From NCBI GenBank assembly GCA_041736175.1, contig JBGSUI010000147.1, forward strand, positions 1 through 64,000: a stretch of 64,000 nucleotides of DNA, given 5' to 3'. Below are positions 55,392-64,000 of the stretch, one piece after another. The stretch's first letter is position 1. The number at the start of each line of letters is the position of its first letter. The position numbers and the translations under genes were made by a program. The stretch is from Oligoflexales bacterium (GTDB lineage: Bacteria; Bdellovibrionota_B; Oligoflexia; Oligoflexales; CAIYRB01). Under the pieces are notes generated by a model, which worked only from the letters and a program-made list of their open reading frames with translations, did not search any database and was not told the DNA's origin.

Positions 55392-55769
55392 TCAAGTGGA
55401 TTTAGGCCTTTTGGCTCCGTATTTACTACGACTCTGTCTTCTAGCACTCACACCATTGGCATCAAGAGCACCGCGGACAACGTGGTACCGAACCCCTGGT
55501 AAGTCCTTGACCCTACCGCCACGCACCATGACCACACTATGCTCTTGAAGGTTATGCCCCTCACCACCGATGTATGAAGTCACCTCCATACCGTTTGTGA
55601 GGCGGACCCTTGCGACTTTTCGCAATGCAGAGTTTGGCTTTTTAGGGGTTGTTGTATAAACCCTTACGCAAACTCCCCGACGCATCGGGCATCCCACTAA
55701 GGCTGGGGACTTGCTCTTTGTTTTGACCTTAGTTCTTCCACTTTTAATAATCTGACCAATTGTAGGCAT
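55392..55769 (-). CDS. rpsL: 30S ribosomal protein S12
   Basis: [34 protein letters not shown]. Confidence 0.98.
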   Translation of the reverse strand: MPTIGQIIKSGRTKVKTKSKSPALVGCPMRRGVCVRVYTTTPKKPNSALRKVARVRLTNGMEVTSYIGGEGHNLQEHSVVMVRGGRVKDLPGVRYHVVRGALDANGVSARRQSRSKYGAKRPKST

Positions 55770-55841
55770 ATGACTCAACCTTCTGAGGTTTTAGAGGTTG
55801 CTATTGTTACCAAACCCACAGGGATCTGGCAACCCTATTCT

Positions 55842-58800
55842 TTAATTTCCTTGAGCGACTTGCTGGACTGGAGGACTGCTATCACCTTGAGCCTGTTGGG
55901 CCCTCTTGAGGGAGGTCACCCCATCCTTAAGATCCCGGTACACCTTAGCACCTGTACCCGCTGGGATCAGCCGACCCATGATGACATTTTCCTTAAGCCC
56001 ACGTAGATAATCGATTTTACTGTTGATACTCGCATCTGTCAGGACTTTGGTGGTCTCCTGGAATGAAGCCGCAGAGATAAAGCTTTCCGTAGACAAGGAG
56101 GCCTTGGTGATCCCTAATAGAAGAGATTCATAAGTTGCACCCTGTTTTCCTTCCTGAGCCATTTTTCCATTGGCTTCCATAATATCGTAGCGATCCACCT
56201 GCTCGGCCGGCAAGAAGCGCGTGTCTCCTGGATCCACGACTTTGAGCCTTCGAAGCATCTGTCTCACAATCACTTCGATATGCTTGTCATTGATCTCAAC
56301 ACCCTGGAGCCTATAGACGTCCTGGATATTTTCTACCAAAAACCGCGCTAACTCAATTCGACCCATGACCTCTAAAATTTCGTGGGGGTTAAGCTGACCA
56401 TCCACAATCAACTCGCCTTTACGGACGTAGTCCCCATCGGTGACCACCACATGTTTTCCCTTGGGAATCAGATACTCTTTTTGTTCGCCCTCATCATCCT
56501 CAAGGATCACCTTGCGTTTGCCTTTGGTATCGGCCCCAAAGGAAATGGTCCCATTCCGGTCAGCCATAATGGCCATATCTTTGGGTTTACGAGCCTCAAA
56601 CAACTCTGCAACCCTGGGCAGACCACCGGTAATATCCTTTGTCTTAGTGGTTTCCCGAGGAATCTTAGCCAGGATATGTCCAGGACCCACTTGGGCCATA
56701 TCATCCTGGGTCACGATGGCCCCCACCGGCAAGGTGTAAACAGCCTCTTTTTTGCCGGTCACTAATATAGAATTTCCCTGGTCATCGACGATTTCAATCC
56801 GTGGCTTCAGCTCACTGGTACGCCCCTCGATCACAACCCGCTGGGTTTGGAAGGTGATCTCATCGACCCTCTCTTCCATGGTGAGGCCTTCGCGCAAGTC
56901 AGTAAACCGGACAAACCCCGGGACCTCGGCAATAATGGGGACCGTAAACGGATCCCATTCAGCGAGTTTTTCACCGGCGCTGACCCGTTGACCCTCTTTA
57001 GTATTAAGGGTCGAGCCGTAGATAATCCCGTATTTTTCTTTGACCTGTCCATCGTCGCCGACGATTTTAATCTCTCCAGCCCTGGATAAAACCACAAGCT
57101 GCCCATCTTTATTGACGACGGTCCGCATGTTTTCAAAAGCCACAATACCGCTAAACCGACTAGAAACCTGGCTTTTTTCGACTGTATGGGATACGGCACC
57201 CCCAAAGTGGAAGGTCCGCATGGTGAGCTGGGTTCCAGGCTCACCGATCGACTGGGCTGCAATCACCCCGACAGCTTCACCGACGTTGACCAAGTGGCCT
57301 GTCGCCAGATCCCGTCCGTAGCACTTAGAGCAAGCTCCCATTCTAGAGGCACAGGTCAATACCGACCGCACCCGCAATGACTCCACTCCACTTCGATCGA
57401 GTCGTTCTGCCACGGCCTCCGTTACTAAGTCGCCCACACCGACGATGATATCGTTGGAGACTCTCTCCCGGACTTCTTCTAAGGATACCCGTCCCAGGGA
57501 TCTCTTGCCTAGGGAGTCTTTAACATCAGCGCCATCACGCAGCGGCACAATCAAAATACCATCGTCTGTTCCACAGTCGTACTCAGAGATGATGGCATCT
57601 TGAGCAACGTCCACAAGCCTACGAGTCAAATACCCCGACGAGGCTGTCTTAAGAGCCGTATCCGCCAGCCCCTTACGGGCACCGTGGGTCGATGTAAAAT
57701 ATTCAAGTACCGTAAGACCCTCGCGGAAATTTGAGGTAATCGGTGTTTCAATAATCTCCCCAGATGGCTTTGCCATCAACCCCCGCATCCCTGCAAGCTG
57801 TCGAATCTGCTGGGCCGAGCCCCGCGCTCCTGAATCGGCCATCATATAAATCGAGTTCTTACTGGCCACGGTGTGCTGTTTACCAGCATGGTCGGCCGCT
57901 TCGCGGGTTGAGATATTCTTAAACATCTCTCCTGCAATGGCTTCTGTCACTTTAGCCCAAATATCGATGACTTTGTTGTAGCGTTCACCTTCCGTTAGGA
58001 GACCTTCAGAATACTGCTCCTTAATCTTTTTGACTTCTTCGTAAGCATCTTCCAAAAGACGAGCTTTTACCGTCGGCACAACCATATCGCCAATAGAGAT
58101 CGACAGGCCAGCTTTCGTCGAATATCGGTAACCAGTGGCTCTGAGGGCATCAGCCACCAATACCGTACGTTTTGGCCCACAACGCCTAAAGGTTTCGTTG
58201 ACTAACTTTGCCAACTCCTTTTTGCCGAGAGCCTTATTGATCATTTCAAAGGGAATCTCGTCGGGCAAAAGCTCTAGCAAGAGAGCCCTTCCCACTGTGG
58301 TCTTAACCTTTTCGCCTCTTAAACGCACCATGACTGGCGCCTGGAGTCCCACCACGTCATGATCGTAGGCCGCTCTCACCTCCTCGATCGAACCAAAGGA
58401 TTTTCCTCCGCCGACTGCTGAGATATCTTCCCGAGTCATGTAGTAAATTCCCAAGACAATATCCTGGGTTGGGACGATCACTGGGTTTCCCGAAGCTGGG
58501 GAGAGGATGTTGTTGGTCGACATCATCAAAACCCTAGCCTCTAATTGGGCTTCCACCGATAAGGGGATATGCACGGCCATCTGGTCGCCGTCAAAGTCGG
58601 CGTTAAAGGCAAAACAGACCAGAGGATGCAATTGGATCGCTTTACCTTCGATCAGCACCGGCTCGAACGCTTGAATCCCCAAACGGTGGAGTGTGGGTGC
58701 TCGGTTGAGTAAAACCGGGTGCTCTTTAGTGACTTCTTCCAGGGAATCCCATACTTCGGGACGCTCTTTCTCAACGAGTTTCTTTGCGCTCTTAATGGTC

Positions 58801-60005
58801 GAGACGATCCCGTGTTCTTCCAGCTTGTTATAGAGAAAGGGCTTAAACAGCTCAATCGCCATCTTTTTTGGAAGCCCGCATTGATGCAGCCTTAGATCAG
58901 GCCCCACAACGATCACAGACCTTCCTGAGTAGTCTACCCGTTTGCCTAGCAGGTTTTGCCTAAAGCGACCCTGTTTCCCTTTAAGCATATCAGAAAGAGA
59001 TCTAAGGGGTCTTTTGTTAGGTCCGGTAAACACTTTCCCACGGCGCCCGTTGTCAAAAAGGGCATCCACAGCTTCTTGGAGCATCCGCTTTTCGTTGCGT
59101 ATAATGATCTCAGGTGCGTTTAATTCGATCAGCCGTAGCAAGCGATTGTTTCGGTTGATAACCCGTCGGTATAGATCGTTTAGGTCAGAGGTTGCAAATC
59201 GACCGCCGTCAAGAGGCACCAATGGCCTTAAATCAGGGGGTAACACAGGGATCACAGAGAGCATCATCCATTGGGGACGTGCTAATAGATTGCCGCTAGC
59301 ATCGAGTTGATTAAAGGCTTCCACAACTTTTAGTCGCTTTTGGAGCTTTTTCCGAGTTGCTTCGGCTTTGCACTCTCTCAGGTCTTTGCGGAGATCTTCG
59401 GCGAGATCTTCGACTCTGATCTGGGCCAGAAGCTCTTGAATAGCCTCTGCTCCCACACCCACCCTAAAAGCACCGTTGCCATGGGTCGCAAGGGCGTTAT
59501 CGTACTCTTCTTCACCGAGGACCTGACCCAACTGGAGTTTGGTCGTGTCTTGGTTGCCTGGATCCAAAACCACATAGGATTCGCTATAGAGAATTCGCTC
59601 TACATCTTTAAGAGTCATATCCAGAGCTGCACCGATCCGCGAAGGCAGGGACTTAAGAAACCATATATGGGCCACGGGAGTTGCAAGGTTGATGTGACCT
59701 AAACGCTCTCTGCGAACCTTAGAATGAATCACCTCTACACCGCACTTATCGCACACAATACCTCGGTGCTTCATACGCTTATACTTACCGCAGATGCACT
59801 CAAAGTCCCGTACCGGTCCAAAGATCTTCGCACAAAAGAGACCGTCTCTCTCAGGTTTGAAGGTACGGTAGTTGATCGTTTCAGGTTTTTTAACCTCGCC
59901 ATAGGACCAACTTCGGATCTTTTCTGGCGATGCTAAAGATATCTTAATAGCGTTAAAACTTAACGGATCCGTCGGTTTATCAAAGAAATTCATCACATCT
60001 TTCAC
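55842..60005 (-). CDS. rpoC: RNA polymerase beta' subunit
   Basis: [19 protein letters not shown], catalytic [21 protein letters not shown]. Confidence 0.99.
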   Translation of the reverse strand: MKDVMNFFDKPTDPLSFNAIKISLASPEKIRSWSYGEVKKPETINYRTFKPERDGLFCAKIFGPVRDFECICGKYKRMKHRGIVCDKCGVEVIHSKVRRERLGHINLATPVAHIWFLKSLPSRIGAALDMTLKDVERILYSESYVVLDPGNQDTTKLQLGQVLGEEEYDNALATHGNGAFRVGVGAEAIQELLAQIRVEDLAEDLRKDLRECKAEATRKKLQKRLKVVEAFNQLDASGNLLARPQWMMLSVIPVLPPDLRPLVPLDGGRFATSDLNDLYRRVINRNNRLLRLIELNAPEIIIRNEKRMLQEAVDALFDNGRRGKVFTGPNKRPLRSLSDMLKGKQGRFRQNLLGKRVDYSGRSVIVVGPDLRLHQCGLPKKMAIELFKPFLYNKLEEHGIVSTIKSAKKLVEKERPEVWDSLEEVTKEHPVLLNRAPTLHRLGIQAFEPVLIEGKAIQLHPLVCFAFNADFDGDQMAVHIPLSVEAQLEARVLMMSTNNILSPASGNPVIVPTQDIVLGIYYMTREDISAVGGGKSFGSIEEVRAAYDHDVVGLQAPVMVRLRGEKVKTTVGRALLLELLPDEIPFEMINKALGKKELAKLVNETFRRCGPKRTVLVADALRATGYRYSTKAGLSISIGDMVVPTVKARLLEDAYEEVKKIKEQYSEGLLTEGERYNKVIDIWAKVTEAIAGEMFKNISTREAADHAGKQHTVASKNSIYMMADSGARGSAQQIRQLAGMRGLMAKPSGEIIETPITSNFREGLTVLEYFTSTHGARKGLADTALKTASSGYLTRRLVDVAQDAIISEYDCGTDDGILIVPLRDGADVKDSLGKRSLGRVSLEEVRERVSNDIIVGVGDLVTEAVAERLDRSGVESLRVRSVLTCASRMGACSKCYGRDLATGHLVNVGEAVGVIAAQSIGEPGTQLTMRTFHFGGAVSHTVEKSQVSSRFSGIVAFENMRTVVNKDGQLVVLSRAGEIKIVGDDGQVKEKYGIIYGSTLNTKEGQRVSAGEKLAEWDPFTVPIIAEVPGFVRFTDLREGLTMEERVDEITFQTQRVVIEGRTSELKPRIEIVDDQGNSILVTGKKEAVYTLPVGAIVTQDDMAQVGPGHILAKIPRETTKTKDITGGLPRVAELFEARKPKDMAIMADRNGTISFGADTKGKRKVILEDDEGEQKEYLIPKGKHVVVTDGDYVRKGELIVDGQLNPHEILEVMGRIELARFLVENIQDVYRLQGVEINDKHIEVIVRQMLRRLKVVDPGDTRFLPAEQVDRYDIMEANGKMAQEGKQGATYESLLLGITKASLSTESFISAASFQETTKVLTDASINSKIDYLRGLKENVIMGRLIPAGTGAKVYRDLKDGVTSLKRAQQAQGDSSPPVQQVAQGN

Positions 60006-60038
60006 AGGGATCTCCTATCACCGTCGAGGTAAAAAACA

Positions 60039-63000
60039 TTAACCTTGTTGCAAACCTTCGAGGCCTGTTTCTTGACCATCGTCACGGATCAGATTGACGT
60101 CCAGACCAAGGCTTTGGAGCTCTTTGACAAGCACGTTAAAGGACTCAGGCAACCCTGGCATCATCATGTTTTGACCCTTCACGATGCTTTCATACATCCT
60201 AGTTCGGCCAAGAACATCATCTGATTTGACTGTAAGAAACTCTTGGAGGGTGTGGGCTGCTCCGTAAGCTTCCATCGCCCAAACCTCCATCTCCCCGAGA
60301 CGCTGACCACCGAACTGGGCTTTACCACCGAGCGGCTGCTGAGTTACGAGGGAATAGGGTCCAATGGACCGGGCATGGATCTTTTCATCCACTAAATGGT
60401 GCAATTTGAGCACATACATCACGCCTACAGTCACTTTGTTATCGAAGCGACTTCCCGTTCGACCATCATAGAGGTCCACCTGTCCATCTTCCGATAATCC
60501 ACCTAACTTCAAGAAATTACGAATTTCCTGTTCGTTGGCTCCATCAAAGACAGGGTTCGCAAAATGAACACCCTCGCGATACTTCCGGATAAAGGTCTGC
60601 AACTGCTCGTCGGTCGCCTCACCCACAAATTTCTTAACGGAGGGATCGTCCCAGATATTGAGGAGAACCGTTTCTACCGCCTTCCGATCAAAGGACTCCG
60701 CAATCATATCGTTGATGCGCTCGCCAAGGCCCTTGGCTGCCCAACCCAAATGGGTTTCTAAGATCTGCCCAATATTCATCCGGGACGGAACACCCAGGGG
60801 ATTGAGGACAACATCGACGGGCCTGCCACTCTCGAGAAAGGGCATGTCTTCTTCGGGTAGGATCCGGGAGACAACCCCCTTGTTTCCATGGCGTCCAGCC
60901 ATTTTATCGCCCACTTGTAGCTTCCGCTTAATGGCGATATAGACCTTGACCATCTTGATCACACCGGGAGGTAGCTCATCGCCCTTCTTGATTTTTTTGA
61001 TCTGCTCTTCCGCCATAAAGCGGATCAGGTTGATCTTATCTCTAAGGTTATCAAGGGCACGACGCAACAGAGCATTCTTATCAGCAGACTGGAGGGATAG
61101 TTGGTCCCAGCATACATAGTCTAATTGAAGCAGGAACTCCTCATCGACCGAGGTTCCCTTGACCGCCACAACAGTACCGTCTTTGTCCACCACATCCTGA
61201 CCGAGGGCGTCTCCATCAGAAATCCGCGTCATCTTGCGAATCGCAGAGTTTTTGATGATATTGATCCGGTCATTCTCATCTTTGCGCAGTTTTGCGATCT
61301 CGGTTTCTTCGATCTGCAAGGAGCGCACATCTTTATCAGCACCCGCTCTCGCAAAGACCTTGGCGCCGATGACCGTTCCCACAACCCCAGGGGGTACCCT
61401 TAGGGAGGTATCTCTCACATCACCAGCTTTTTCACCGAAAATAGCTCTTAGGAGTTTCTCTTCGGGAGTGAGCTGGGTCTCGCCTTTGGGGGTGATCTTA
61501 CCCACCAAAATATCATTTGGCTGAACCTCTGCTCCAATGCGAATGATCCCAGCCTCATCGAGATTTCTAAGGGCTTCTTCCCCAACGTTGGGAATATCTC
61601 CTGTGATCTCTTCTTGGCCTAGCTTGGTATCCCGACTGATGCATTCGAACTCTTGGATATGAATAGAGGTGAATAAATCTTCTTTCACCACGCGTTCGGA
61701 GATAAGGATAGAGTCCTCGAAGTTGTAACCACTCCAGGGCATAAAGGCCACAACGACGTTTTGGCCCAAGGCCAACTCACCCATTTCGATACCAAATCCA
61801 TCAGCGATCACATCGCCTTTACGGACAACTTCCCCGCGCTGAACAATGGAGCGCTGGTTGATACAGGTATCAAGGTTTGACCTTTTGTATTTCTGGAGAT
61901 TGTAAATATCAACATCGGCTCCTACCTCGGTGAGCGCTTCTGGATCATCGGCCAATGTTTTGACCACAATCCGGTCCGCATCCACAAACACCACTTCACC
62001 ATCACGCTTAGCGACAACGCCAGCTCCAGAATCTCGAGCTACGATCCCTTCGAGCCCGGTTCCGATGAGGGGTGCGCGGGTTCTCAGCAGAGGAACTGCC
62101 TGCCGCTGCATGTTTGAGCCCATAAGTGCCCTGTTAGCATCGTCATTTTGGAGGAAAGGAATCAAGGAGGCTGCGACCGAAACCAATTGGTTCGTCGACA
62201 CATCCATAAGATCCGCTTCTTCCATTCTTGCGATCTCTGACTCACCGTGCCTTCGCACCCCGACCAGATCGTCGCCCTTGCGGCTACCCGGCAGCATAGC
62301 CTGGGCAATCACATGGTCCCGATGCTCTTCGGAAGCAGAATAATACCGAACCCCTTCATCCCGATCTGCAGATGCATCGGCAATGCTCTTGTAAGGAGTC
62401 TCTATAAAACCATACTCGTTCACGCGCGCATAGGTTGCCAACGACGAAATGAGACCGATGTTTGGACCCTCAGGGGTTTCGACAGGACAGATGCGACCGT
62501 AATGGGTGGGGTGAACGTCCCTGACTTCGAAGCCCGCTCTTTCACGGGATAAGCCTCCGGGCCCAAGGGCTGACAACCGTCTCTTGTGAGTGACCTCAGA
62601 GAGGGGGTTGGTCTGGTCCATAAATTGGGACAGCTGGGAGGAACCGAAGAATTCCTTGACCACAGCCGCTGCTGGCTTGTTATTGATAAAATCATGGGGC
62701 AGGAGAGTATCTACGTCTTGAAGCTGCAACCTCTCCCGGATCGCACGTTCAATTCGCAAAAGACCAATGCGGTATTGGTTTTCGAGCAGTTCTCCCACTG
62801 CTCTCACCCGTCGGTTGCCTAGATGATCGATATCATCGATATCACCAGTACCATTCTTAAGCTTAAGAAGGTAACCAATGGTCTTAAGGATATCTTCTTT
62901 AGTAAGAGTCTTCTGTTCTAAACCACTATCAGTCCCAAGTCTTTCGTTGATCTTGAGCCGTCCAACCGTACTTAGATCATAGCGATCTGGATTGAAAAAG

Positions 63001-64000
63001 AGGTTATCAAAAAGGGCTCGCGCAGGCTCGATCGTTGGGGGATCCCCTGGACGCAACCTCTTGTAGATTTCAAGAATCGCTTCGTCCTGTGTCTCAATTT
63101 TGTCAGAAACAAGGGTATTTCGGAAGGAGGCATCCGCATTGACTTGGTCCATAAAGAGGATTGAAAGCTCCTGGACCCCGCGTTCTAAAATCTCTTTGAT
63201 GAGAGTTTTGTCTAGATCGGCGTTAAGGGGAATGATCACGTTGCCATCGGCATCGCGAATATCATCAGCTAACACCTTGCCGACCATATCATCCGTCGAC
63301 AGAACTTGGTACTCCATTCCCGCTTGCTGCATCTGGCGGATTGCACCCTGGGAAATCCGTCGACTTCGCTTGACATAGACCTTACCGGTTACGGGATCGA
63401 CGATATCAGAAGAAGCTCTTTGACCTCTTAAAAGCTCATAGTTTAGCTTTTTTTCAAACCGGCCATCGATAACCCTTAGCTTTTCTTTTTCGTAAAAATA
63501 GTCCAAGAGTTGGGACTCTGAAAATCCCAAAGCCTTTAGGAGCACTGTCGCATGGAGCTTACGGCGACGGTCGATTCGAACCCACAAAAGGTCTTTCGCA
63601 TCGAACTCAAAGTCCATCCAACTGCCCCGGTAGGGGATAATCCTAGCGGTATAGAGCAGCTTTCCTGTCGCGCTGTTCTTTCCTTTGTCATGATCAAAGA
63701 AAACCCCTGCTGACCGATGGAGCTGGCTGACGACAACCCGCTCCGTTCCGTTGATGATAAAGGTACCGCTATCGGTCATCAGCGGAATTTCGCCGAAATA
63801 GACCTCCTGTTCCTTAACATCGCGAATCGTCTTGATGCTGGTGTCTTTATCGATATCCCAGACGACTAGACGAATGACGACCTTTAGGGGTGCCGCAAAG
63901 GACATCCCCCTCTGACGGCATTCGTCGACGGTGTACTTCGGCTCTTCGAAGACATAGCTTACAAACTCTACCGACGCCGTTTCCTGGAAGTCCTGAATCG
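60039..64000 (-). CDS. rpoB: RNA polymerase beta subunit, 5' end beyond window
   Basis: [45 protein letters not shown]. The frame is open to the window edge ([15 protein letters not shown]...). Confidence 0.99.
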   Translation of the reverse strand, partial: IQDFQETASVEFVSYVFEEPKYTVDECRQRGMSFAAPLKVVIRLVVWDIDKDTSIKTIRDVKEQEVYFGEIPLMTDSGTFIINGTERVVVSQLHRSAGVFFDHDKGKNSATGKLLYTARIIPYRGSWMDFEFDAKDLLWVRIDRRRKLHATVLLKALGFSESQLLDYFYEKEKLRVIDGRFEKKLNYELLRGQRASSDIVDPVTGKVYVKRSRRISQGAIRQMQQAGMEYQVLSTDDMVGKVLADDIRDADGNVIIPLNADLDKTLIKEILERGVQELSILFMDQVNADASFRNTLVSDKIETQDEAILEIYKRLRPGDPPTIEPARALFDNLFFNPDRYDLSTVGRLKINERLGTDSGLEQKTLTKEDILKTIGYLLKLKNGTGDIDDIDHLGNRRVRAVGELLENQYRIGLLRIERAIRERLQLQDVDTLLPHDFINNKPAAAVVKEFFGSSQLSQFMDQTNPLSEVTHKRRLSALGPGGLSRERAGFEVRDVHPTHYGRICPVETPEGPNIGLISSLATYARVNEYGFIETPYKSIADASADRDEGVRYYSASEEHRDHVIAQAMLPGSRKGDDLVGVRRHGESEIARMEEADLMDVSTNQLVSVAASLIPFLQNDDANRALMGSNMQRQAVPLLRTRAPLIGTGLEGIVARDSGAGVVAKRDGEVVFVDADRIVVKTLADDPEALTEVGADVDIYNLQKYKRSNLDTCINQRSIVQRGEVVRKGDVIADGFGIEMGELALGQNVVVAFMPWSGYNFEDSILISERVVKEDLFTSIHIQEFECISRDTKLGQEEITGDIPNVGEEALRNLDEAGIIRIGAEVQPNDILVGKITPKGETQLTPEEKLLRAIFGEKAGDVRDTSLRVPPGVVGTVIGAKVFARAGADKDVRSLQIEETEIAKLRKDENDRINIIKNSAIRKMTRISDGDALGQDVVDKDGTVVAVKGTSVDEEFLLQLDYVCWDQLSLQSADKNALLRRALDNLRDKINLIRFMAEEQIKKIKKGDELPPGVIKMVKVYIAIKRKLQVGDKMAGRHGNKGVVSRILPEEDMPFLESGRPVDVVLNPLGVPSRMNIGQILETHLGWAAKGLGERINDMIAESFDRKAVETVLLNIWDDPSVKKFVGEATDEQLQTFIRKYREGVHFANPVFDGANEQEIRNFLKLGGLSEDGQVDLYDGRTGSRFDNKVTVGVMYVLKLHHLVDEKIHARSIGPYSLVTQQPLGGKAQFGGQRLGEMEVWAMEAYGAAHTLQEFLTVKSDDVLGRTRMYESIVKGQNMMMPGLPESFNVLVKELQSLGLDVNLIRDDGQETGLEGLQQG

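Noticed and set aside
52780..63736. Numerous antisense or alternate-frame ORFs over fusA, rpoC and rpoB
   Set aside because: They are shadows of highly conserved genes with no independent coding signal.

Overview
Bacterial chromosomal window, probably from an Oligoflexia/Bdellovibrionota-type genome. The taxonomy is an inference from gene content (deltaproteobacterial-like RpoB/RpoC, a CFI-box-CTERM protein, a STAS+Zn-ribbon protein, FliA- and sigma54-type promoters) and was not checked by a search. Housekeeping blocks sit at both ends. On the left is rpsP-rimM-trmD. On the right are an exonuclease-liuB-atuA-liuC-liuD cluster, infC, yceI, galE and rpoB(partial)-rpoC-rpsL-rpsG-fusA. Between about 6.9 and 36.8 kb is a mosaic accessory region. 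It holds an HEPN/MNT toxin-antitoxin pair, urea carboxylase plus allophanate hydrolase, and a HipB-like gene with an apparent HipS-HipT fusion kinase. It also holds a head-to-head inverted pair of lipoprotein paralogs, an AlbA_2 ATP-binding regulator, a trypsin-like lipoprotein, an AT-rich HEPN+unknown gene pair, an RCC1-repeat protein and several pseudogenes or mobile-element scars. The best candidate for an undescribed system is a four-gene cluster in this region: a PPTase, a hybrid PKS-NRPS with the non-collinear order KS-AT-ACP-C-T-A(Gly)-T and no thioesterase, and two atypical alpha/beta hydrolases. No rRNA, tRNA or CRISPR array was recognised.
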